This document shows positions 8,377-17,037 of a DNA stretch of 64,000 nt, in pieces. The notes under the pieces are model-generated. The model did not search any database, was not told the origin of the DNA, and saw only the letters and a list, made by a program, of their open reading frames with translations. The stretch spans positions 169,663 to 233,662 of the forward strand of contig JBBFKX010000002.1 in the NCBI GenBank assembly GCA_037481815.1, read 5' to 3'. Origin of the DNA: a candidate division WOR-3 bacterium (GTDB lineage Bacteria > Hydrothermota > 32-111). Each line of letters starts with the position of its first letter. Within the stretch, counting starts at the first letter, position 1. The translations under genes were made by a program, and so were the position numbers.

Positions 8377-10257
8377 TTACCCCTCTTTAGCCATCGAAAC
8401 AACACCTGGAACATCAACTATGAAAGATGGCATTCCGTTGTTTAAAATTGACACACCTGCAAGCCCATGAATACCTGAAAGTATTCCCTTAAGTGGCTTG
8501 ACAACTACCTCTGATTGTTCTAGGAAATTATCCACAAGTATCCCGTATAAAGAATCCTCCACTTCAACAAGAACTATGGAATATTTGTCCCTATCTTCAA
8601 CTTTTTCACATTTAAAAATTTTTGATAACCTTATAAGCGGTATTATTTGATCTCTCAATACGAAGACCTCTTTTTGCATAACCGTAAATATTTCGTTTTT
8701 GTTTATGTCTATCGTCTCCACGATGTGAGTTAAAGGTATTATATAAACTTCACCACTCACCTCGACTATCAAAGTTTTTATTATGGCGAGTGTCAAAGGA
8801 AGTTTTAAAGTGAAAACTGTTCCTTTATCTTTCTGGGACGAAATTTCAAGTGTTCCACCTATCTGTTTTAAAACATTGTAGACAGCACCAACACCCACAC
8901 CTCTTCCTGAAATATCGTTAACCTCTTCTTTGGTGGAGAAACCTTCATTCATTATCAACGAATAGATATCGTTTTCATTTAGATGTTGTAATTTTTCTTC
9001 ATCTATCAAATTTAATGACAATGCTTTTTCTATAATTTTATTTTTATCAAGTCCTTTACCATCATCTGAAACTGTTATCAAAACTCCATTTTTAACCCTT
9101 TTCGCTTCAAGTATTATCGTTCCGGTTTCATCTTTTTTATTTTTTATCCTTTCCTGTTGAGTTTCTATTCCATGATCCACAGCATTCTTCAGAAGATGAA
9201 GCAATGGATCCGCAAGGGAATTCAGAATCGCTCTATCAAGTTCAATATCTCTTCCCTTTATTATAAAATTTACTTTCTTTTTCAACCTGTTTGAAAGATC
9301 CCTGATATACCTTGGATACCTATCAAAAACCTGTCCAACTGGAACCATCCTTATCTTCATTATTTCATCCTGAATATTTGAGATTATCTTTGAAGTTGAG
9401 TTCAGAGAATTTATCAATTCTTCATTCTGTAAAGAGTATGCTATCTGTTGCAACCTCCCTCTGGCTATAACAAGTTCTGAAGCATAGTTCTGGAGATTGT
9501 CAAGGCGTTCGAGTGAAACCTTTATATCCTTTTTTTCTACAACGATTTCCTGATCACTTTTTGCTTCTTCTTTCACAAGGAAAGCATCTTTTATTTCAGG
9601 TATACCTTTAATCTCATCTATAACCTTTTCAATTTCAGTTGTATCTTTTATGTAAAGGGTGATCTCATCTTTAAAATTTTCCTTCATTATCGAATCAAAG
9701 TCCGGATCACTTTTTATGAAAATATTTCTATCCTGAAGATTTTTAATAACGACGAAAGCTCTCGCTGATTTTAAAACAACATCTTCAGAAAAAATTATTT
9801 TTATCGCTTTTTCTGATGATAGAGAAACTTTCTCTATAGGGATCTTTTTTGTTTTTACTTCCTCTATCTTTTTCGTTTCCTTAACGATCTCAGAACCTGT
9901 TTTTATAGATTCAATCACCTTTAAAAAACTTTTTATAATATTTTCATCTACATCTTTTTTATGGACAAGGGATTGTATATAATCTGTCCCCTTTAAGAGT
10001 AGGTCTATAAGTTCAGTGCTTACCTGTAATTTTTCATTTCGTATAAGATCCATAACATCTTCTATCGAATGGGAAATTTTTGTAATCGAAGAATAGCCCA
10101 TTGAAGCTGCCATACCCTTTATCGTATGCATACCCCTAAAAATCGAGTTTATTGCCTCTATATCGTTCATATCCTTTTCAAGTTTCAAAATGGAATCAGA
10201 AACCTGCTCAAGGTACTCTTCAGCTTCACTTATGAACAATTCTTCATAATTTGTCAT
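8377..10257 (-). CDS. cheA: Chemotaxis histidine kinase CheA
   Basis: 626 aa. Hpt domain (FRGMHTIKGMAASMGY), HATPase_c (LLHLLKNAVDHGIE..GRGVGVGAV) and a C-terminal CheW-like domain. Confidence 0.95.
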   Translation of the reverse strand: MTNYEELFISEAEEYLEQVSDSILKLEKDMNDIEAINSIFRGMHTIKGMAASMGYSSITKISHSIEDVMDLIRNEKLQVSTELIDLLLKGTDYIQSLVHKKDVDENIIKSFLKVIESIKTGSEIVKETKKIEEVKTKKIPIEKVSLSSEKAIKIIFSEDVVLKSARAFVVIKNLQDRNIFIKSDPDFDSIMKENFKDEITLYIKDTTEIEKVIDEIKGIPEIKDAFLVKEEAKSDQEIVVEKKDIKVSLERLDNLQNYASELVIARGRLQQIAYSLQNEELINSLNSTSKIISNIQDEIMKIRMVPVGQVFDRYPRYIRDLSNRLKKKVNFIIKGRDIELDRAILNSLADPLLHLLKNAVDHGIETQQERIKNKKDETGTIILEAKRVKNGVLITVSDDGKGLDKNKIIEKALSLNLIDEEKLQHLNENDIYSLIMNEGFSTKEEVNDISGRGVGVGAVYNVLKQIGGTLEISSQKDKGTVFTLKLPLTLAIIKTLIVEVSGEVYIIPLTHIVETIDINKNEIFTVMQKEVFVLRDQIIPLIRLSKIFKCEKVEDRDKYSIVLVEVEDSLYGILVDNFLEQSEVVVKPLKGILSGIHGLAGVSILNNGMPSFIVDVPGVVSMAKEG

Positions 10258-10260
10258 ACA

Positions 10261-10629
10261 CTATTTCAAATTTAAAACTCTGTTGACAGATTCAAGAACC
10301 CTTGATGGTTGAAAAGGTTTAACGACAAAATCTTTGGCTCCCGCCTGAATCGCCTCTACTACAAGCGATTGTTGTCCCATGGCGGAAACCATCAATATCT
10401 TTGCGTTTGGAAACTCTTTTATAATTTCCCTGACAGCATCTATACCTGACATATCAGGCATTATGATATCCATAGTTACAAGATCCGGCTGCAATTCTCT
10501 GTACATCTGCACAGCCTGAGATCCTGTCCCCGCCTCCCCACAAATTTCAAAACCTTCTTTTTTCAGAATATCTGCGATCATTCTTCTCATAAAAATTGCG
10601 TCATCAACTATAAGCACCCTTGTAGCCAT
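10261..10629 (-). CDS. cheY: Chemotaxis response regulator CheY
   Basis: 122-aa single receiver domain. MATRVLIVDDAIFMRRMI...LVTMDIIMPDMSG...MVSAMGQ...KDFVVKPF carries the conserved D-D/D/T-or-S/K positions. Confidence 0.9.
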   Translation of the reverse strand: MATRVLIVDDAIFMRRMIADILKKEGFEICGEAGTGSQAVQMYRELQPDLVTMDIIMPDMSGIDAVREIIKEFPNAKILMVSAMGQQSLVVEAIQAGAKDFVVKPFQPSRVLESVNRVLNLK

Positions 10630-10640
10630 ATTTTTTCCTC

Positions 10641-11039
10641 CTAATTTTTGTTGATAATATTTTTCAAATTTAATATTATAATCTCTTTACCATCTTTTTC
10701 AACAAAACCTTTTATATATTCACCTTCACTCTCTTCATCTTTTACCTTTGAAACGTTTATTATGCCTTCTATTTCATCTATTAGAAGGCCATACTTTTCT
10801 TTGTTTTTTTCACAGATGATTATATAATTTTCCTCAACCTTTTTCATCATTTTCAGTTTTTTCTTCAACGAGATCAAAACAACAACATCTCCCCTTAAGT
10901 TTATTACACTTTCGATATAATCTTCAGCGTTTGGAATTCTAATACCTTTTATTCTCTCATAAATATCTATTATCTCGGATATCTTTATCCCATATATTTT
11001 ACCTTCGATCTTAAACGTTATATACTGTTCATTTTCCAT
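10641..11039 (-). CDS. cheW: Chemotaxis coupling protein CheW
   Basis: 132-aa single CheW-like domain (YITFKIEGKIYGIKISEIIDI...VINLRGDVVVLISLKK). Confidence 0.85.
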   Translation of the reverse strand: MENEQYITFKIEGKIYGIKISEIIDIYERIKGIRIPNAEDYIESVINLRGDVVVLISLKKKLKMMKKVEENYIIICEKNKEKYGLLIDEIEGIINVSKVKDEESEGEYIKGFVEKDGKEIIILNLKNIINKN

Positions 11040-11043
11040 TCTG

Positions 11044-14000
11044 TTAAATCTCCTTCCATGTGAATTCTATTGGAAGAACACTCAAAGGATGCGCATAGAA
11101 ACCATGAACATCGTCATGTATCGCGATCTGCCGATAGTTGTGAGTTAAAAATACCCAGGGTGCATCATCGACAATTATTCTTTCAATATCCTGATACAAT
11201 TTATTTCTTTCTTCAAAATTAGTTGTCATCCTTGCTTTTAAAATGAGATCGTCCACCTGTTTGTTCGAGTAAAAAGAGTTGTTTCCACCATCACCAAAAC
11301 TTTCACTATGGAAAAGTGGATAAACGAAATTGTCAGGTTCACCTGTATCACCAGCCCAACCCATCATAAAAAGATCACATTTCCCGGAGTGCATCCTGTC
11401 AAGAAGTTCCACCCATTTCAAGGGAACTATTTTTATCCTGATACCTATTTCCTGCCACATACTCTGTAAGAGTTCCGCCCTCTTTATAACCCTTTCAGAA
11501 TTTGAACATATCATTTCAAAACTGTGATTTATACCGTTAGGAAAACCGGCTTTTAACATCATCTCTTTTGCTTTTGATGGATTGTAAGGATAACCTTCAA
11601 GAGATTTGTTGTAACATGGAAGTGCTGGGGGAAATACACCTTTTGAAATGATCCCGAGACCAAACATTGTTTCGTTGATGTACCTTGATTTATCGGTAGC
11701 ATAGTTTATTGCTTTTCTTATCTCTTTTGTTAATGTGATCTCATTTTTTCTTGACATGTTGAAACCAACATACTGAACATCAAGAGATGGTATCGTTAGA
11801 ACTTTTATATCAACTCTGTTCTGTTTTTTTAATTTTTCAAGATCCTCAGCGTTTACAGAACAATAATCTATGTTTTTCGCCAGGAGTTCTTCAAACTCAT
11901 CCTCTTCCCTTTTTATCTTTATTTCAACATTTTCAACAAAAGGTTCTCCTCCAAAATAATGTTTGTTGGATTCCATAAGAATCCTTTCATCATCAACATA
12001 TTTTAAAATGAATGGTCCACAACCGATGCAGTTGTTTTTCATCTTTTCATCGGAAAATTTTACCATATCCTTTTTTATTACCGCAAGACATATCACAGCA
12101 AGATTTGATAGGAATGGAATATAAGGATATTCAAGAGTAAACTTTATCGTATGTTCATCGAGTATTTCAATTCCCTCAATATCACGGGCTCTTCTTTTTA
12201 TGTAATTCTGGGCTCCCTTTATCATATTCACAAAAGGAGCGTTTGGAGTTAAAAGAACATTTTTTATGCTCTCTTTCACATCCTCTGCTGTTACAGGTGT
12301 TCCATCATGAAAGTAAGCGTTTTTTCTTAAAAAGAAAACCCACTCCGTTGCATCAGAGTTGATATGCCAGTATTTTGCAAGTGCTGGGATAACACTTGTA
12401 TCCTTTCCAAATCTCACAAGTCCAACATGGATCTGTTGTAAAACTGTATTACTCGTTGAATCACCAACGAGTGCTGGCTGCCAGTGAACGGGCAGGTTGT
12501 TCATTATGAATTTAAACCTATTCTTTTCAGGATCCCTTTTGATTATGAACTTCTCTGAAAATGTTTCCTGTATACCTGAAACCATCTTTAATGACTCTTC
12601 ACTTTTCAAAATATCATTTTTAAAAATCCTGTTAAGTTCATCAGCCATCTGGTTTATTTTTTCAGATTTTGAAATTATGTTCATGTATAGTTTGACAATC
12701 TCATCCTTTAAAATTTCCTGCTGGGTTATGGTATCGTAAATCTCTTTCAAAAGATTTTTAAAATTCACTGCTGAGTCCTTTACATCCTTTACAACCTTGT
12801 TGCTCGTTTCTATTGAGAAAATAATCTTTTCCGCAGAATCGAGTTCTTTATCAACAATGCTTAAAACATCGTGTAAAAGTTTTTCCATATTTTTTACTAT
12901 ATCTTTTATCTCAAGTGAGGCATCAGTTGCTTTTTTTATGAGTTCTTTTGTCTGTGAAACTATAACAACAAGATTCTGTTGATATTTGCCTGATCTTGCT
13001 GCCTCGATCGAAGCATAGAGAGAAAGCAATTTTGTCTGTTCTGAAAGTTCTTTCAATTCTAAACTCGTTTCAAAAATTGATTTCAAATTTTTTGAAATTT
13101 CGTTGAAATCATCTTTAAGATTGACTATCATCTCAAGTGTTTTTTCGATATCATTTTTCACATTAACTACACTCGTTGAGAACTCGTTTACTGCACCAAG
13201 GAGAAGGTTAAGATTATCCTCTATCTCTCCAACATTTTTTAGCATCAACTGTTCACTTTCCTCTATTGATTCGATGGCACCGAAATAGTTTTTAACAACC
13301 TTTGATTGTTCATCGTTTCTTTCGATGAACTCGTTTATAACTCCCATCGTTTGATCTATAATGTTTTTACTGTTTTCAAGGAAAAATTCTATCTTTTTGA
13401 AAATCTTTATCTCTGTTGCTATAGAATTATCTAATGATTTCTTTTCATAAATAAGATCTGACAGAGGTTCAAGTTGTTGCATAAGATTCGATAGTCCAAC
13501 CTTTACATCGGATTGTGTTTTAACCATTGTCATAAGTTTTTCGGTCGACTGTAAAGAAACATCAATTATATTTTGAACACTTTTGTTAAGGTCGTTGATC
13601 AGATTTTTATTTTTATCCTGTATGTTTATATATTCTTTCATCTTGTCCGACTTCAAAACAATATCAGAAAGGTTCATCTCAACATTTTTTAACCTGAAAT
13701 TCAAAAGATCTATGTTTCTTTTTAATGCATCGATTCTGAACTTAATGTTATCGACAGATTCAATAACATTTTCTGTTTTCACTTTTATGTTCTGAATACT
13801 TTCAGGAATCCTTTTTGTTAGATTGAATGTTTTGTTCGCAAGAAGAAGCATCCTGTCAGCGATAACTTCAAAACCTCTTCCACTCTCTCCAGCATGATAC
13901 GATTTTATCCCTGCGTTTCTTGCTGCCGATTCAGTCATCTGTGCTATACCAATTATGATCTCGGTTATTTGACCTATGTGTTTTGAATACTCGTTAAATG

Positions 14001-14382
14001 GTTTTACAATATCGAGAATCTGGGATGAACCACTCGTAAAAATATTCAACTGGTTTATCACCTGATCAAACTCTTTGACACTATTTTTGATACTTTCCGT
14101 TGAGTTTTTTGAATAATCTATTAAAACATCCGCAGCTTCAGAAACTATCTGTATCGAAGCGTAAAGTTTGTTTCCTTTGTCTTCAATCTTTTCTATTTCA
14201 TCAACCAATCCTTTTTCTTCAAATGAAATCGAAGAGAGTATAGAATGTGCGTTTCTGTTTATCTCAAGAAGTTCATCATCATCTATTTTTATAGTTTTCA
14301 AAGCATAGATCAGGGCTGTTGGATCAAATTCCTCTTCCTGTATTACTCCCTTTCTTTTAAAAAAATTGAAGAAAGACACCAT
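11044..14382 (-). CDS. Soluble MCP-like chemoreceptor (about 600 aa of coiled coil/MA domain) fused to a C-terminal family-5 solute-binding protein domain
   Basis: 1112 aa with no hydrophobic TM stretch. N-terminal half: a long coiled coil with an MCP-signal-like tip (HAGESGRGFEVIADRM; a second degenerate copy, ARSGKYQQNLVVIVSQTKEL). C-terminal ~490 aa: SBP_bac_5 hallmarks (VGDSTSNTVLQQIHVGLVRFGKD..IPALAKYWHINSD..FFLRKNAYFHDGTPVTAEDVKESI...YFGGEP). First gene of the che operon. Confidence 0.75.
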   Translation of the reverse strand: MVSFFNFFKRKGVIQEEEFDPTALIYALKTIKIDDDELLEINRNAHSILSSISFEEKGLVDEIEKIEDKGNKLYASIQIVSEAADVLIDYSKNSTESIKNSVKEFDQVINQLNIFTSGSSQILDIVKPFNEYSKHIGQITEIIIGIAQMTESAARNAGIKSYHAGESGRGFEVIADRMLLLANKTFNLTKRIPESIQNIKVKTENVIESVDNIKFRIDALKRNIDLLNFRLKNVEMNLSDIVLKSDKMKEYINIQDKNKNLINDLNKSVQNIIDVSLQSTEKLMTMVKTQSDVKVGLSNLMQQLEPLSDLIYEKKSLDNSIATEIKIFKKIEFFLENSKNIIDQTMGVINEFIERNDEQSKVVKNYFGAIESIEESEQLMLKNVGEIEDNLNLLLGAVNEFSTSVVNVKNDIEKTLEMIVNLKDDFNEISKNLKSIFETSLELKELSEQTKLLSLYASIEAARSGKYQQNLVVIVSQTKELIKKATDASLEIKDIVKNMEKLLHDVLSIVDKELDSAEKIIFSIETSNKVVKDVKDSAVNFKNLLKEIYDTITQQEILKDEIVKLYMNIISKSEKINQMADELNRIFKNDILKSEESLKMVSGIQETFSEKFIIKRDPEKNRFKFIMNNLPVHWQPALVGDSTSNTVLQQIHVGLVRFGKDTSVIPALAKYWHINSDATEWVFFLRKNAYFHDGTPVTAEDVKESIKNVLLTPNAPFVNMIKGAQNYIKRRARDIEGIEILDEHTIKFTLEYPYIPFLSNLAVICLAVIKKDMVKFSDEKMKNNCIGCGPFILKYVDDERILMESNKHYFGGEPFVENVEIKIKREEDEFEELLAKNIDYCSVNAEDLEKLKKQNRVDIKVLTIPSLDVQYVGFNMSRKNEITLTKEIRKAINYATDKSRYINETMFGLGIISKGVFPPALPCYNKSLEGYPYNPSKAKEMMLKAGFPNGINHSFEMICSNSERVIKRAELLQSMWQEIGIRIKIVPLKWVELLDRMHSGKCDLFMMGWAGDTGEPDNFVYPLFHSESFGDGGNNSFYSNKQVDDLILKARMTTNFEERNKLYQDIERIIVDDAPWVFLTHNYRQIAIHDDVHGFYAHPLSVLPIEFTWKEI

Positions 14383-14452
14383 ATCAAATCCTTTTTAAAA
14401 ATAAAATATAACATAATAATAAAAATAAATCAATATGGTGGATTTTGAAAAA

Positions 14453-15043
14453 TCAATCTATATTCTGTCTTTTTTCAACAGAACATTGAAGTGTAAAATC
14501 ATCTATATATTCAAAATCTGTTCCAAAAGGTATACCTCTCGCTATCGTTGTAATCTTATCAACTCTGTCCTTCAAAAGTTTTGTAAGATAAATGGTTGTC
14601 GTCTCTCCTTCGGTTGAGGGTGATAGAGCTATGATCACCTCTTTTATCTTTCCATCTTCAATTCTTTTAACAAGTTTTTCAAAAGATAATTTTTCAGGTG
14701 TTATACCATCAAGTGGTGATATCAATCCACCGAGTATATGGTAAAGTCCATTGTATCTTTTGGTTCTTTCAAAGATGAATAGATCACGAGGTTTTTCCAA
14801 AACCATCAAAATATTCTCATCCCTTTTGTTGTTCGAGCAGATACTACAGGGATCGGTTTCATCAACACTCCCACAGATTGAACATATTTTTATACTTTCA
14901 GAAAGTTCAAGTATCGATTCTGATAACTCTTTAGAAAACTCTTTACCTTTTGAGATCAAAAAGAATATCAGCCTTTCAGCTGATTTTTCACCTATACCTG
15001 GAAGTTCTTTTAAATTCTTTTTCAACCGATCAAAACTTGTCAT
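14453..15043 (-). CDS. recR: Recombination protein RecR
   Basis: 196 aa. HhH N-terminus (LKELPGIGEKSAERL), C4 zinc finger (CSICGSVDETDPCSICS), and a Toprim region. Confidence 0.95.
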   Translation of the reverse strand: MTSFDRLKKNLKELPGIGEKSAERLIFFLISKGKEFSKELSESILELSESIKICSICGSVDETDPCSICSNNKRDENILMVLEKPRDLFIFERTKRYNGLYHILGGLISPLDGITPEKLSFEKLVKRIEDGKIKEVIIALSPSTEGETTTIYLTKLLKDRVDKITTIARGIPFGTDFEYIDDFTLQCSVEKRQNID

Positions 15044-15044
15044 A

Positions 15045-15359
15045 TCAAAATCCCATCATGTTTGGTAACTGGATTCCACCGGTTATTTTTGCCATCTCTT
15101 CTCTGTTTAAAACATCAACCTTACTTTTTGCTTCATTAAATGCTGATTTCAAAAGATCTGTTATTACCACAGGTTCCTCGTTTTTCAAAATTTCCTCTAA
15201 AATCGTTATATCAACAACCTCATACTTACCATTCATTTTAACATTGACCATTCCTCCACCTACACTCGCTTCTACAACAGTGTTTTTCAATTTTTCTTCC
15301 ATCTCATCCATCATCTTCTGCATCTGTTGTGCCTGCTTCATAAGTTTCTTCATGTCCAT
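15045..15359 (-). CDS. ybaB: Nucleoid-associated protein YbaB/EbfC
   Basis: 104 aa. MMKQAQQMQKMMDEMEEKL..EASVGGGMVNVKMNGKYEVVDITI is the YbaB signature. Conserved dnaX-ybaB-recR order. Confidence 0.9.
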   Translation of the reverse strand: MDMKKLMKQAQQMQKMMDEMEEKLKNTVVEASVGGGMVNVKMNGKYEVVDITILEEILKNEEPVVITDLLKSAFNEAKSKVDVLNREEMAKITGGIQLPNMMGF

Positions 15360-15369
15360 TTTATTCCTC

Positions 15370-16902
15370 CTAATATATTATCTCACCATCAAACCTTTCG
15401 ATTATTTTCAACACATTTTCATTTTTATCTAATCCTGTATTTAAGATTTGATTATCCTTTTTTTCATTTTTAAAAAAAATGATTTCAAGAACTATTTTTT
15501 CATTAAAATCTTTTACAAGACCTTTTATCTTTTGATCCTTTAAAATGTACTCAAGTGATTCGGGAAAAGAAATTTTTATATACTCTTTTTTCCTTTCGAT
15601 AATATTACCGTTTTCAAGTGCAGTTCCAACGACTGGATCTTTCTTCTTACAGAATTCTATAAATTTTTCAAAAACTAAATTCTCTTTCTCCTGTTCAACT
15701 TTTTCTACAGTATTCAACTCAACGTTTTTTGTTGTTGCTTCAACCTTTTTTTCGATCCTTGTATCCGAAAACTTTTTTTCGTTGAGCAATTTTATTATCT
15801 CATCTATATCTCTTCCATCTATCATAAAAGGTATTCTCATCAACTGATTTTCAACTACAATTTTTCTATTCGATGCAAATTTTAATTTGTTTGATAGTTC
15901 GATCAACTCTCTTATTATCTGGTTCAAAGTTGTGTTTGAAAAATGTTTTGCCTGCTCTTTTGCTTTTTCTAATATTTCGGGATGTAGAGATGAGATTTCA
16001 TCAGTTGTTATATCATTTTTTAAAAGCACAAGATAATGAAAGTAAGTTGCAAACTCTGAAACAAAAGTTTCTATATCAAAACCCTTAAGCAAAAGATCTT
16101 CAAAACTCTCAACAATTCCCTTTAAATCCTTATCTATAATCTTTTGAACGAGTTTAACAAAAAAGTATGTATCCAGACGTCCAAAAATCGAATTAACATC
16201 ATCGTATGTTATCTTTTTATGCATAAGTGCTATCTGATCAAGCATCGACAACGCATCCCTCATTCCTCCATCAGCCATCTGGGCGATCAGGTTAAGCCCT
16301 TCAACCTCATATTCTATTTTTTGATCCTCGCATATTATCTTCAATTGTTTAACTATTTCAGATATAGGTAACCTTTTGAAATCGAACCTCTGGCATCTTG
16401 AAAGTATCGTCGGTATAACATTAAAAGGTTCTGTTGTACAGAATATGAATTTAACATGCTCTGGAGGTTCCTCAAGTATTTTCAATAATGCGTTGAATGC
16501 CTCTTTTGTTAACATGTGAACTTCATCGATGATAAAAACTTTGTTCTTCGCTGAAATCGCTACATATCCGGCTTTATCCCTTAGATCCCTTATCTCATCG
16601 ATCCCTCTGTTTGATGCTCCATCTATTTCAACGACATCAACATCTCTTCCATCGATTATATCTTTACACGATTTGCATTTTAAACATGGTTCGCCATTTT
16701 CAACATTTTCACAGTTCAAAGCCATCGCAAGAATCCTTGCTGTTGTGGTTTTTCCGACTCCCCTTGGCCCTGAAAACAGCAAAGCATGCGGTATCCTGTT
16801 GTTTTTTACAGCATTTTTCAAAACTTTTACTATATGATCCTGCCCTATAACATCCTCGAACCTTTGAGGTCGATATTTTCTTGCAAAAACTATATATGTC
16901 AT
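15370..16902 (-). CDS. dnaX: DNA polymerase III subunit gamma/tau
   Basis: 510 aa. N-terminus YRPQRFEDVIGQDHIVKVLKNAV...LFSGPRGVGKTTTARILA, zinc module CxxCxxC (CLKCKSCKD), and a DEVHML box. Confidence 0.95.
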   Translation of the reverse strand: MTYIVFARKYRPQRFEDVIGQDHIVKVLKNAVKNNRIPHALLFSGPRGVGKTTTARILAMALNCENVENGEPCLKCKSCKDIIDGRDVDVVEIDGASNRGIDEIRDLRDKAGYVAISAKNKVFIIDEVHMLTKEAFNALLKILEEPPEHVKFIFCTTEPFNVIPTILSRCQRFDFKRLPISEIVKQLKIICEDQKIEYEVEGLNLIAQMADGGMRDALSMLDQIALMHKKITYDDVNSIFGRLDTYFFVKLVQKIIDKDLKGIVESFEDLLLKGFDIETFVSEFATYFHYLVLLKNDITTDEISSLHPEILEKAKEQAKHFSNTTLNQIIRELIELSNKLKFASNRKIVVENQLMRIPFMIDGRDIDEIIKLLNEKKFSDTRIEKKVEATTKNVELNTVEKVEQEKENLVFEKFIEFCKKKDPVVGTALENGNIIERKKEYIKISFPESLEYILKDQKIKGLVKDFNEKIVLEIIFFKNEKKDNQILNTGLDKNENVLKIIERFDGEIIY

Positions 16903-16917
16903 ATTTTTTCCTTTTTT

Positions 16918-17000
16918 GATATGGCGGCGGAGACAGAGGCCTTTTACTGCTGCTTCCTTTCAGACCTGACAGGGTTCAAGACATATCTCCCCGCGTGTTT
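16918..17000 (-). ncRNA. ffs: Signal recognition particle RNA (small 4.5S-type)
   Basis: Minus strand reads ..CCUGUCAGGUCUGAAAGGAAGCAGCAGUAAAAGGCCU.., matching the universally conserved SRP domain IV (E. coli ..CCAGGUCAGGUCCGGAAGGAAGCAGCCAAGGCAG..). The flanking 5' GCGGGGAGAU and 3' UCUCCGCCGC can pair. Located immediately upstream of dnaX, the conserved position. Exact ends uncertain by about 10 nt. Confidence 0.7.
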
Positions 17001-17037
17001 TTATAATACCATTTATAAAACTATTTTCAAGAAGGAA

